Assembly: GCA_025358315.1 (NCBI GenBank) | Contig: JANYKA010000041.1 | Coordinates: 1-61,944 of the forward strand | Direction: 5' to 3' | Origin: Gemmatimonadota bacterium | GTDB lineage: Bacteria; Gemmatimonadota; Gemmatimonadetes; Gemmatimonadales; Gemmatimonadaceae | DNA: 61,944 nt | Shown: piece by piece, positions 46,198-55,012 of the stretch | How positions within the stretch are numbered: position 1 is the first letter of the stretch | Layout: each line of letters begins with the position of its first letter | The notes under the pieces: model-generated | The model's database searches: none | What the model was told of the DNA's origin: nothing | Seen by the model: the letters and a program-made list of their open reading frames with translations, nothing else | Program-made: the position numbers and the translations under genes

Positions 46198-47826
46198 TTG
46201 CGCGCCCATTGCGCCGGTTCTAAGGTCTCGCGCGAACTCGAGGATCGCTTTCTCAAGTTGCGCGAGGCCCTCGGCCAACGCGACGAAATCAACCAGACGC
46301 TCTCGCTGCTCACGGCGACGCTCGATTCGACCGCCGACGGCATTCTTGTGACCGACTCGCATGGAACCATTGTTCGGTTCAACAGCACGTTCGCGGAACT
46401 TTAACGTCTGCCCGAGACCATACTGGCCAGCCGCGACGACGATGCCGCACTCGAATACGTCCGCCTGCAGCTCAACGCGCCCGAGGAGTTCGTTCGCAAG
46501 GTCCGTGAGGTGTACAGCCAGCCCGACGTAGAAAGTTTCGACACCCTGCAGTTCAAGGACGGCCGCACCTTCGAGCGTTACTCGCTGCCGCAGCGCATTG
46601 GCGACACAACGGTAGGGCGCGTGTGGAGCGTCCGTGATGTCACCGAGCGCCGCCATATGGAGGCGCAGCTTCGTCAGTCGTAAAAAAATGGAAGCGGTCG
46701 GGCAGCTGGCCGGCGGCGTGGCACACGACTTCAACAACTTGCTCATTGTAATCCAGGTGCATGCGCAACTGCTGGTGGACGACGCCGGCGTTGACGGACC
46801 GTTGCGCCGGGATATAGACGAAATCCTGAGCGCCACGCGTCGCGCGGCTGACCTTACGCGCCAGCTGCTCGCCTTCAGCCGCAAGCAGGTGCTGCGGTCA
46901 GTGGTGTTCGACTTGAACTCGGTGATCACGGGCATGGAGCCGATGATTCGCCGGCTGATCGACGAAAGCATCGAAATCGGCACCGTGTGTTCCACCGAGC
47001 CCGTCATCGTGTCGGCCGATCAGGGACAAATGGAGTTGGTGCTGATGAATCTTGTGATCAACGCGCGAGACGCGATGCCCGACGGGGGCCGGCTGGTGAT
47101 AGAGACGGCGCACATCACGATCGCCGACAAGGCCGGTCGCTCCGCGACCATCAGGACCGCACCGGGCGACTACGCGCAGTTGTCGGTGACCGACACGGGC
47201 GTCGGTATTCCGCGCGACCAGATCGCTCGTGTGTTCGAACCGTTCTTCACTACGAAAGAAATCGGCAAGGGGACGGGTCTCGGCCTTTCGACACTCTACG
47301 GCATCGTGAAACAATCGGGCGGCTACGTGTGGGTGGAGAGTGAGGTCGGCACAGGCACAACCTTCACCATTCACCTGCCGCGCGCTGCGCCGGAGACCCG
47401 CGTGCCGGAACAACCGGCGTCGCCAAGCGTTCGCCCTCGCGGATGTGAAACCATTCTCGTGGCCGAGGATGAGGGAGCCGTGGCATCGCTCATCGAGCGC
47501 ATTCTTCAGAAGCAGGGATACACAGTGTTCATTGCTCGCAACGGAAAGGAGGCACTGTCGCTCGCCCAGCGGGTCCCCGGTCGCATTGACATGCCCTCAC
47601 CGACGTCATCATGCCCGAAGTGAGCGGCCGCGAACTGGCCGAACTACTGCGGGTGGAGCGACCGGACATACGGGTGCTGTTCATCTCGGGCTACACCGGC
47701 CCGGCAATCAGCAGTGACGGCGATTTTATGGCCGACTCGGGTTTTCTTCAGAAGCCGTTCACCAGTTCCGAACTTGCCCAGGTCGTGCGTGCGCAGCTCG
47801 ACACCAGAGACGGCTCACCAACTTAA
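46198..47826 (+). pseudogene. PAS / HisKA / HATPase / receiver hybrid histidine kinase, disrupted at three sites
   Basis: The homology runs across three ORF-track pieces (46060-46404, 46634-47623, 47611-47826). There is an in-frame TAA at 46402. A TAA plus +1 frame change sits at the T-A7 run 46681-46688. A further frame change lies near 47594-47597, inside the receiver motif ...IDM|LTDVIMPEVSGREL. Motifs MEAVGQLAGGVAHDFNNLL (H-box), DTGVGI and GTGLGLS are intact. Confidence 0.8.
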
Positions 47827-48545
47827 AGTCCGCCATACCACTCGTACCCCCGATCACTCCAATACCCGCCGTTCCGCTCTGGCATAAACGTGATCGTGGT
47901 CAGGTACTTCGTATTCTTATAGCCAAGTTTCACTGGCGAATGCACGCGAGCTGGCGCGCCGTACGCCGGCGTTAACACCTTCCCATCCTTCGCATATACA
48001 ATGAGAGTCTGCGGATGCATCGCGCTCTCCACGTCCCAGCTTTCGTGGTAGTCGTCGTCAAACGATCCAAAGTCCACATACCCGGCCTTCGGATCTGCAT
48101 CCGCCAGCTTCGCCAGGTCGCGCATCGTCACACCTGAAAACTCGGCGACGGCGGTCCACCCCTCAACGCAGTAGTGATTCACCCGTTGCGTGTGGCGATC
48201 GAGTTTCATGAGATCATCCAGTGTCAGCGATAGCGGTTTGCGCACCATCCCGCCGACTTCGAGCCGCCACGCGGCCATGCCCGCCGCGTCCAGCATCGGC
48301 ACCGACTCAGAAACGAAATAGCTTGGAAAATCATCGCCGGATGCCGTGGCGTTTGTCTTGGCGTGATCCATTGACGTATGCCGGAATATCCCGCGCTCCA
48401 GTACTTCATTCTTCCGCTCGGCGTACTTGAGCAAACGGTCCGCTTTGTCCGGGCCCTGTGAATCGCAGGCACCAAACAGCAACGCGGCGACCGACACCGT
48501 GCCGGTGCGCAGAAAATCGCGACGATGAACGTAAGAAGAACTCAT
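47823..48545 (-). CDS. molybdopterin-dependent oxidoreductase (sulfite-oxidase fold), Tat-exported
   Basis: 240-aa ORF with a twin-arginine signal (HRRDFLRTGTVSVAALLFGAC). The motif HYCVEGWTAVAEFSGVTMRDL is typical of the Oxidored_molyb domain. Confidence 0.8.
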   Translation of the reverse strand: MSSSYVHRRDFLRTGTVSVAALLFGACDSQGPDKADRLLKYAERKNEVLERGIFRHTSMDHAKTNATASGDDFPSYFVSESVPMLDAAGMAAWRLEVGGMVRKPLSLTLDDLMKLDRHTQRVNHYCVEGWTAVAEFSGVTMRDLAKLADADPKAGYVDFGSFDDDYHESWDVESAMHPQTLIVYAKDGKVLTPAYGAPARVHSPVKLGYKNTKYLTTITFMPERNGGYWSDRGYEWYGGL

Positions 48546-49468
48546 AGAGGCTCCGTCGGGGGTGTCGGCGCGTCAATACTCGCAGCGACCATCGCGGGTG
48601 CGGACGCATCAACTGGAGCAACGACCACCGCGGCAACGTCGGCAACGTCGGCAACGTCGGCAACGTCGGCTACGTCGGCTACGTCGGCTACGTCGGCTAC
48701 GTCGGCTACGTCGGCTACGTCGGCTACGTCGGCCACCGCCGTTAGCGGTGGCGTCGCACGCTTCGGCCACAGATTAATAAACGGCCGCGCGTTCCGCTCT
48801 TCCGGCGAAAACCGTTCGCTATATCCGCCGGTCGTCATCGAACGAATCGAATACGGATCCACGGCGAACACCATAAACACGTGCCCGACCGACAGCGCGA
48901 CGAGCAATGACATCCCAAGAAAATGCTCATATCGCGCAAACTGATACCCGCCTAGCAGGTTGGTGAGCGGCGACAACGTGACCGGTTTCCAGATGGCGAT
49001 TCCGCTGATCACGATCAGTGCGGCAACCCACGGCAACGCGAAATAGGTGGCCTTTTGCAGCGCATTGTGCTTACCCTGTCGCGGATGATCCCTGCGGACA
49101 AACATGTAGTACTTGACCATCTCAATTGTGTCGCGAACATCACCGTGACGCGGCACCAGGTCGCGCCATTCGCCGTGCAAGTACACGAAGCCGAGATAGA
49201 TCAGTCCGTTGATCACCAGCACCCACATCATGGCGAAATGCCAGTGGCGCGCTCCGCCCAGCCAGCCGCCAAAGGTGAGCACAGCGGGAATCGCCTTTCC
49301 TTCAAATGGATAGCAGCAGAACGTGTTGCCCGGCCGCGCAAAGGCGGGGTGCGCATTGAATATGCGCAGGCCGCTCCCGACCATCACCGTCACCGCGACG
49401 GCGTTCACCCAGTGTGTTAGGCGGACAATCCAATGATGTCGTGGCATTTTTGATTTATCCATTGTCAC
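48542..49468 (-). CDS. cytochrome b-type membrane subunit (PhsC / Ni-Fe hydrogenase cyt b-like) with a repeat-containing C-terminal tail
   Basis: 308-aa ORF. The N-terminal HHWIVRLTHWVNAVAVTVMVGSGLRIF and the conserved His residues in TM helices fit the cyt b561-type family. It forms an ATGA overlap with the downstream Moco subunit. Confidence 0.75.
   Translation of the reverse strand: MTMDKSKMPRHHWIVRLTHWVNAVAVTVMVGSGLRIFNAHPAFARPGNTFCCYPFEGKAIPAVLTFGGWLGGARHWHFAMMWVLVINGLIYLGFVYLHGEWRDLVPRHGDVRDTIEMVKYYMFVRRDHPRQGKHNALQKATYFALPWVAALIVISGIAIWKPVTLSPLTNLLGGYQFARYEHFLGMSLLVALSVGHVFMVFAVDPYSIRSMTTGGYSERFSPEERNARPFINLWPKRATPPLTAVADVADVADVADVADVADVADVADVADVADVADVAAVVVAPVDASAPAMVAASIDAPTPPTEPL
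48632..48730 (-). repeat. in-frame 9-nt tandem repeat (about 11 copies) encoding (DVA)n
   Basis: On the plus strand GGCAACGTC occurs 4 times (48632-48667) and GGCTACGTC 7 times (48668-48730). The two variants are synonymous (GTT versus GTA Val) and give ...VADVADVADV... in the cyt b tail. Confidence 0.95.
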
Positions 49469-49512
49469 TCCGATTGGTTCCCCGCCCCGCTAGAAGCTAT
49501 CTTCCCCGCGGT

Positions 49513-50574
49513 ATGACGCTACTCCCGTTGATCGGTCATCAGAGTCTCCGCGAGCGCCTCAGCGAGCAACTGTCGCGCGGCGCGCTGCCGGCCAGCCTGC
49601 TCTTTCAGGGGCCGCCCGGCGTAGGCAAGCAGCGCCTTGCACTGTGGCTCGCTCAGCGACTGCTCTGCTCGGGCACCGCCCCGCCCTGCGGCGAATGCCA
49701 ACACTGCCGCTACGTACTCCAAGGGGCGCATCCCGACCTACAGTGGTTTTTCCCGCTGCCGCGCATCAAGGCATCGACTGATATCGCGCTCGAGGACGTG
49801 CGCAATGAATACGCCGAAGCAGTAAAAGAGCGGGTCGCCGCGCACGGTCTCTATCCCCGCGCCGACGGGTCACAGGGAATTTTTGTGTACGTCACGCGCG
49901 CGTTAGTGCAAGAAGCGGTGCGGTCGGCGGCGATGGCCAAGCATAAGGTGATTATTGTCGGCGACGCCGAGCGAATGGTTCCGCAGATTGGAAACCCAGA
50001 AGCGGCGAACGCATTTTTGAAATTGCTCGAAGAACCGCCGGCAAATACCACGATCATCCTCACCACCAGCGAGCCAGGCGCACTGCTCCCCACCATCCGG
50101 TCGCGGGTGGTATCGGTTCGGGTTGCACCGTTGTCCGATATCGACGTCCGAGCGTTTCTTGCCCAGCCCCAGGCCGCCGATGCCGCCGGGAATGGTTCGG
50201 TGGATGATTTGGTCCGTGCGGCAAATGGAGCTCCTGGTTCACTGATCGGCGGCGGCGATCGAGGGGCAGCGGTCGATCGGGCCCGCAAACTTCTTGATGC
50301 CGCAGGCGGTGGCCGCGACCGCGTGTTGCGTGCCGCATTCGTACAGGGAAGTTCGAAGGCGCGCGGCGCGTTCTCCGATGTGCTCGACGCCCTGACCGTC
50401 CTCCTGCACGACCGGGCACGCGAGGCGCTCAGCGTCGGCGACGGTGACCGGGCCGCGGCCAGCGTCAAAGCCGTGCGCATCGTCGAAGATGCCAAACGCT
50501 CGGCGGAAGGCAATGTGAATCCGCAGCTTGTCACGGCGCATCTATTGCGCGAACTCGAGGAGATAGGCGTATGA
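49513..50574 (+). CDS. holB: DNA polymerase III subunit delta' (HolB)
   Basis: I trimmed the start to the ATG at 49513 ([11 protein letters not shown]). It has AAA+ clamp-loader motifs [13 protein letters not shown], a zinc module CGECQHC and a SRV(V) sensor region. Confidence 0.8.
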   Translation: MTLLPLIGHQSLRERLSEQLSRGALPASLLFQGPPGVGKQRLALWLAQRLLCSGTAPPCGECQHCRYVLQGAHPDLQWFFPLPRIKASTDIALEDVRNEYAEAVKERVAAHGLYPRADGSQGIFVYVTRALVQEAVRSAAMAKHKVIIVGDAERMVPQIGNPEAANAFLKLLEEPPANTTIILTTSEPGALLPTIRSRVVSVRVAPLSDIDVRAFLAQPQAADAAGNGSVDDLVRAANGAPGSLIGGGDRGAAVDRARKLLDAAGGGRDRVLRAAFVQGSSKARGAFSDVLDALTVLLHDRAREALSVGDGDRAAASVKAVRIVEDAKRSAEGNVNPQLVTAHLLRELEEIGV

Positions 50575-51128
50575 CGCCGGCCAAGAAGCGCACCGCGGCG
50601 CCCAAGTCCGCGCGAGCGGCGCCCAAGTCCGCACGAGCGGCGTCCCCGAAACTTTCGCACGTGACAAGCAGCGGCCGCGCGTCCATGGTAAATGTCGGTA
50701 CGAAAACGGTGACCGAACGCCTCGCCCGCACCGAAGGCCGCATCACGATGAGCGCCGCAGCGTTCAAAGCGATTCGCGGCAACGCGATTAAGAAAGGCGA
50801 CGTGCTCGCCGTCGCCCGTATAGCGGGCATTCAGGCGGCAAAGCGCACCGCCGATTTAATCCCGCTCTGCCATCCGTTAGCGCTCACCGATATTCAGATC
50901 GAGCTTACACTCGACGCGAAACTCCCCGGCGTCCGCGCCGAGTGCACGGTAAGAACGGTAGGTCAAACCGGTGTCGAGATGGAAGCACTGACCGCGGTGA
51001 GCATCGCCCTGCTCACGATTTACGACATGGCGAAAGCGATCGATAAATCGATGACTATCTCGGGGATTTGCCTGCTGGAAAAACGGGGCGGAAAGAGCGG
51101 CGTTTTCACGGCCGGTCGAGGTCGCTGA
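50571..51128 (+). CDS. moaC: cyclic pyranopterin monophosphate synthase MoaC, with a basic N-terminal extension
   Basis: 185-aa ORF with an ATGA overlap with holB. Motifs [21 protein letters not shown] and [23 protein letters not shown] are present. The first ~25 aa contain a duplicated AAPKSAR unit. Confidence 0.9.
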   Translation: MTPAKKRTAAPKSARAAPKSARAASPKLSHVTSSGRASMVNVGTKTVTERLARTEGRITMSAAAFKAIRGNAIKKGDVLAVARIAGIQAAKRTADLIPLCHPLALTDIQIELTLDAKLPGVRAECTVRTVGQTGVEMEALTAVSIALLTIYDMAKAIDKSMTISGICLLEKRGGKSGVFTAGRGR

Positions 51129-51158
51129 GCCCTTCCTCGGATTTTCTGGAATTGAAAG

Positions 51159-51321
51159 AAAAACGGCTTTGCCACGAATTTTGCGGATTTGACAAGCGAT
51201 TTTCACGGATAAAGCAACGGACAAGAGGGGAACATAATCGGGATCGTTTTTGCCGTTCCTTAAGAAAAAATCCGTTTCAATCCCTTGTTCAATCCGTGTA
51301 AATCCGTGGCCCAGCCGTTTT
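51159..51321. repeat. foldback (MITE-like) element built from ATCCGTG-type heptamers, copy B
   Basis: The left arm 51159-51210 and the right arm 51270-51321 are imperfect reverse complements, roughly 75-80% by hand alignment. Both arms end in AAAACGGC...GCCGTTTT. The region is AT-rich relative to its flanks and lies between the convergent moaC and mltD-like genes. Confidence 0.75.
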
Positions 51322-51368
51322 AATTTTTAAGAATCCGCGGTTCCACATAAGGGCTCGAGCCGAAACGC

Positions 51369-52892
51369 CTATTTGCGGGAGGTGCCTTTCTTCGGTGCAA
51401 CTTTTTTCGTTCCATGCTTTTTCGCGACGTGCTTTTTCGTGACGTGTTTTTTCCCGACCTTCGCCCGCCGCGGATATTTCTCGATCGACGGGTTCGGTAC
51501 CTCAAGTGCCGCCGACACCGTCGCCCTCGTTGGCACAAAAATTCGTTGCCCCGCGACAAGATTCCCGTTCTTCAGGCGTGAGACCTTCGGGTTATACCAC
51601 GCCAACTGTGTCGTCGATATGCCGTGCTTGCGCGCGATTGACGACATCGACTCTCCCTTCTTCGATTCGACTCGCATACCACCGGCGCGCTCATCCGGCT
51701 CCAGAGCCGAGAATTTCTCGGCGAACTTGGCCGCTGTTCCTGCGGTCACCCGCACCCACATCGAATCGCCGGGCGGTGTCATCCCGCGCAGCAGACGCGT
51801 ATTGAACTCCTTCATCGCGGCGAGCGAGTTGCCCGTCGCGTTGCCAACAGCGGCCAACGGAGCCGCACCCGGCACCCACACCGAGTCGTATACGAATGGC
51901 GCTAGCGAATCGACGTGCACATTGTACCGCGCCGGTTCTTTGCCGACCAGCGCCGCGGCGATCAGTTTGGGCACATAGTCGCGTGTCTCTTGCCGCAAAT
52001 ATTTAGTATCGGCGAGCGTGAAATAACGGTCGTCACCCAACACGCCGTTCAAGTCGCCGGCATATCGTGCCAATCCGCGTGAGACGCGTCCATCGCCAGC
52101 GTCGTAGGCCGCGGCGGCGAGATACACCGACCCGCCGAACTGGTTGCGCAGCCCCTTGAGCAGCCGGACGGCGCCCTCAGTGGATCGCACCGGATCGCGC
52201 CGATCGTCAACCCACCAATCCACACGCAACCCAACCCCTCGCGCCGTGCCTGCCATAAACTGCCACATCCCCACCGCCGCCGCCTTCGAGTAGGCGTGCG
52301 GGTTGTACCAACTCTCAATAAGCGCCAGATACGTCATGTCTTCCGGCAACCCGCCGTCGCGCAATCGCTGACTGATCAGTGCACCGTATCGCGTCTGTCG
52401 TTGCAGACTTCTCTCGAACTCCCCGCGCGCGCGCCCAGAAAAAATTTGCACAAAGTACGCTACGCGGGATCGCGTCTCATACGACTTCACATCGATATCC
52501 CACACTGCTCCACCTGCGGCGACCGCAACCATAGTGTCGGCTACCAATGGTTTGCCGGAACCGAACACTCGCGATGCTTCCTTGGCGATGTCCGTCGGCG
52601 ATGGCAACAGCGGTACACTGTCGCTCCGAACGACCCTCGCTGTGGAGTCGCGGGACAGTGCATGCGCCAAAGCAATGGAGTCCGCCGGAGCGCTAATCGT
52701 TACCGCAGTCGGCAGAGCGGCCCTCGGCGTTGTTGCGGCGGCTGTCGCGGCCACTGGTGCGGCGGTTGGTGCCATAACCAGCCCCGCCGGTGCAGTCACC
52801 ACCGGCACCGGCTTCGCATTGCGGCCCGGCCACATCGGCACGCACGACGCGACCAGTGCCGCCGCGATCGCCGCGCTCCCTGGCCGCACCAT
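51369..52892 (-). CDS. membrane-bound lytic murein transglycosylase (MltD-like: SLT domain plus LysM)
   Basis: I trimmed the start to the ATG at 52892, giving a lipoprotein-like signal MVRPGSAAIAAALVASC and avoiding overlap with the divergent gene. The SLT motif is LIESWYNPHAYSKAAAVGMWQF. The LysM segment is MSSIARKHGISTTQLAWYNP...GQRIFVP, followed by a Lys-rich tail. Confidence 0.85.
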   Translation of the reverse strand: MVRPGSAAIAAALVASCVPMWPGRNAKPVPVVTAPAGLVMAPTAAPVAATAAATTPRAALPTAVTISAPADSIALAHALSRDSTARVVRSDSVPLLPSPTDIAKEASRVFGSGKPLVADTMVAVAAGGAVWDIDVKSYETRSRVAYFVQIFSGRARGEFERSLQRQTRYGALISQRLRDGGLPEDMTYLALIESWYNPHAYSKAAAVGMWQFMAGTARGVGLRVDWWVDDRRDPVRSTEGAVRLLKGLRNQFGGSVYLAAAAYDAGDGRVSRGLARYAGDLNGVLGDDRYFTLADTKYLRQETRDYVPKLIAAALVGKEPARYNVHVDSLAPFVYDSVWVPGAAPLAAVGNATGNSLAAMKEFNTRLLRGMTPPGDSMWVRVTAGTAAKFAEKFSALEPDERAGGMRVESKKGESMSSIARKHGISTTQLAWYNPKVSRLKNGNLVAGQRIFVPTRATVSAALEVPNPSIEKYPRRAKVGKKHVTKKHVAKKHGTKKVAPKKGTSRK

Positions 52893-52946
52893 CCTCACCC
52901 AACTAAGCCGTAGTCGCACTTTGCCCTCCTCCCCTATATTCAAGCC

Positions 52947-53900
52947 ATGCGCGCTCTCCTGCCAGCCCTTGCTTTGGCCTGTCTCTCGGCCTGCACCAAA
53001 CCACCGGTGGATATTTCGCCAAGCCCAACCGGCGCGTCGGCCCGGTCGCTGTCCCTGCTCCGCAACCAGCTCACGGCGCGAATCGCTGCTGAAGCCGGCG
53101 CTGACGTTGCCGTATGGTATCAAGATCTCGCCGGGCCCGACACGCTCGACATCGCCGCCCGCACTTCATTTCACGCTGCCAGCACCATGAAAGTGCCGGT
53201 GATGATCGAGCTGTTCCGCCGCGTTGACGCACGCGCGCTCACCCTCGACCGTACGATCAGACTCGAAAACTCATTCGCTTCAATCGTCGATGGGTCGCCA
53301 TTTAAATTGACGCCCACCGATGACTCCGACGCTCAGTTGTACACACGCGTCGGCCAAGACGTGCCATTGCGCCTGCTGAACGACCGGATGATCACCCGCT
53401 CCAGCAACCTCGCCGCGAATGCCCTCATCGAGTTTCTCGACGCCAAAAAAATCAACGCCACCGCGCACGCGCTCGGCGCCGACCACATGCGCGTGCTGCG
53501 CGGCGTCGAAGACACCAAGGCGTTTGAACGCGGTATGAACAACACGACCACGGCTCGCGACCTTGGCGCATTAATGGCAGCGATCGAGCGTGGCAACGCC
53601 GCGTCGCCTCGCAGTACCCAACTGATGAAAGAGGTCTTGCTTCGTCAGGAGTTCAATACCGAAATCCCGGCCGGACTGCCCGCTGGCACGCCCGTGGCGC
53701 ACAAAACGGGTTCGATCACCGCCACGTTGCACGACGCCGCCGTGGTGTATCCGAAATCACACCCACCATATGTGCTGGTGATTCTGACGCGCAACATCGC
53801 CCGGGAACAAGTCGCTCAGGTACTGATGGCAGATTTGAGCCGGATGGTCTACGCGTTCGCCGTGCGTGATAGCCGCCCGACGGCCAAGGCCTCGCGGTAA
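52947..53900 (+). CDS. class A beta-lactamase-family serine hydrolase, probable lipoprotein
   Basis: 317-aa ORF with a lipobox (LALACLSAC). It carries S-x-x-K (ASTMK), an S-x-N-like motif (RSSNLA), an E-x3-N candidate (ERGMN) and KTG (HKTGS). Confidence 0.75.
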   Translation: MRALLPALALACLSACTKPPVDISPSPTGASARSLSLLRNQLTARIAAEAGADVAVWYQDLAGPDTLDIAARTSFHAASTMKVPVMIELFRRVDARALTLDRTIRLENSFASIVDGSPFKLTPTDDSDAQLYTRVGQDVPLRLLNDRMITRSSNLAANALIEFLDAKKINATAHALGADHMRVLRGVEDTKAFERGMNNTTTARDLGALMAAIERGNAASPRSTQLMKEVLLRQEFNTEIPAGLPAGTPVAHKTGSITATLHDAAVVYPKSHPPYVLVILTRNIAREQVAQVLMADLSRMVYAFAVRDSRPTAKASR

Positions 53901-55012
53901 TCGAGCACGAGCCGGTCGAAGATCGAATCCCAGGTGCGGGTCATCGCCACAGCGAGTCCGGCCTTGGCAATCCGCTGACGCAGCGCAGTATCGGTAAGAA
54001 GTCTTGCGACACACGCCGCCAGCGCCGCCGGATCGTGGGCCGGAAACTGCAGTGCCGTTTCGGTGGTGGCGAGTTCCGTCGTCGCGCCCCAATCGGGAGC
54101 GACGAGCGCAAGACCGCTGGCCATCGCCTCCAGCACCACATTGCCGAATGTCTCCGTGATGGACGGAAAAACAAAAACATCCGCCGACGCATAAAACTCG
54201 GAGAGCGCCCGTCCCGAAAGTTTTCCCATGAATACCGTACCGGCTGGCGCCGTGGCGCGACAACGTACTTCAGCGGGCCCGTCGCCGGCCAGGGCAAACA
54301 CGATTTTTCCAGGGTGCTTCTCCATCGCGATGCGCATACCAGCAAGCGCCACGTCGATCCCTTTCTCGGGCGCTAACCGGCCGACATACGCCACGAGCAG
54401 CGTGTCGTCTGTTGCGCCGAGCTGTGCGCGCAACGACCGTGACCGGAATGTCGGGCTGAACTTTCCCTGATCCACACCGCGCGACCAGACTCGCGTGTCG
54501 CGGAATCCGTGTCGCTCCAGCTCCGCCCGCACAATCTCGGACGGTGCGAACGTGCGCAACCCGGCGTTGTGGAACCATCGCAGAAATGGCCAGCCGACCG
54601 CGTCAAGAAAACTCAGCTTGTAGTGCCGCAGGTACGCCGTGAAATGCGTGTGATAACTCGTGACGAACGGCACCCGCTTTTCCCGCGCCGCAATGAGCCC
54701 ACCCAAACCAACGCCGAACTCCGTCGCCGAATGAATCAGCGTTGGCTTCCATCGTTCCACCACATCGAGCGCGCGATTGCGGTGCGGCGCGGCCATCTGT
54801 AGCTGTGGGTAGGCCCAGAACGGCACACTGGGCCATCGTTCAACGCGTCCATCCGGCGTGGCCTCAGGGTCGGCGACGGTGATGACTCGCGCCTCGCCGC
54901 CGCGCGCTTCGATCGCACCCACCAATCGCTCGAGCGTTCGCGACACGCCGTTCACCTGCGGCGGATAGGTGTCGGTGAAAATCGCCAGCCGTATTCCTTC
55001 CGCGCCCTGCAC
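53849..55012 (-). CDS. glycosyltransferase family 4 (GT-B fold)
   Basis: 387-aa ORF with a GTG start. The N-terminal FTDTYPPQVNGVSR and the C-terminal E-x7-E region FPSITETFGNVVLEAMASG are present. Confidence 0.85.
   Translation of the reverse strand: MQGAEGIRLAIFTDTYPPQVNGVSRTLERLVGAIEARGGEARVITVADPEATPDGRVERWPSVPFWAYPQLQMAAPHRNRALDVVERWKPTLIHSATEFGVGLGGLIAAREKRVPFVTSYHTHFTAYLRHYKLSFLDAVGWPFLRWFHNAGLRTFAPSEIVRAELERHGFRDTRVWSRGVDQGKFSPTFRSRSLRAQLGATDDTLLVAYVGRLAPEKGIDVALAGMRIAMEKHPGKIVFALAGDGPAEVRCRATAPAGTVFMGKLSGRALSEFYASADVFVFPSITETFGNVVLEAMASGLALVAPDWGATTELATTETALQFPAHDPAALAACVARLLTDTALRQRIAKAGLAVAMTRTWDSIFDRLVLDYREALAVGRLSRTANA

Noticed and set aside
46676-46692. Programmed +1 ribosomal frameshift at TCG-TAA-AAAAAT in the histidine kinase gene.
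   Set aside because: The P-site Ser tRNA cannot re-pair in the +1 frame. The same gene also has an unrelated in-frame TAA and a second frameshift, so decay is the simpler explanation.
45883-47007. A 374-aa minus-strand ORF covering the region where the plus-strand kinase is disrupted. It could have been the real gene.
   Set aside because: The translation is Arg/Ser/Ala-rich with no motif. The plus strand carries clear PAS, H-box and HATPase motifs. Long antisense ORFs are expected in high-GC DNA.
52893-53123. N-terminal extensions in the ORF track: MltD-like to 53123, BatA-like to 9090, FHA to 35607, ROK from 13064, GT9 from 12013, purK from 42830, holB from 49414, Yip1-like from 55563, OMF from 22179, barrel protein from 16382.
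   Set aside because: The extended starts overlap neighbouring genes or precede obvious signal peptides or conserved N-termini. Internal starts give ATGA/GTGA coupling or proper signal sequences, so I used trimmed coordinates.
53849-53900. A 52-nt convergent overlap of the beta-lactamase-like and GT4 genes. Also the TTAA shared-stop overlap of the kinase pseudogene and the Moco gene at 47823-47826.
   Set aside because: Convergent 3' overlaps are common in compact high-GC genomes. Nothing suggests a functional antisense arrangement. I mention the first within the envelope-cluster finding only.
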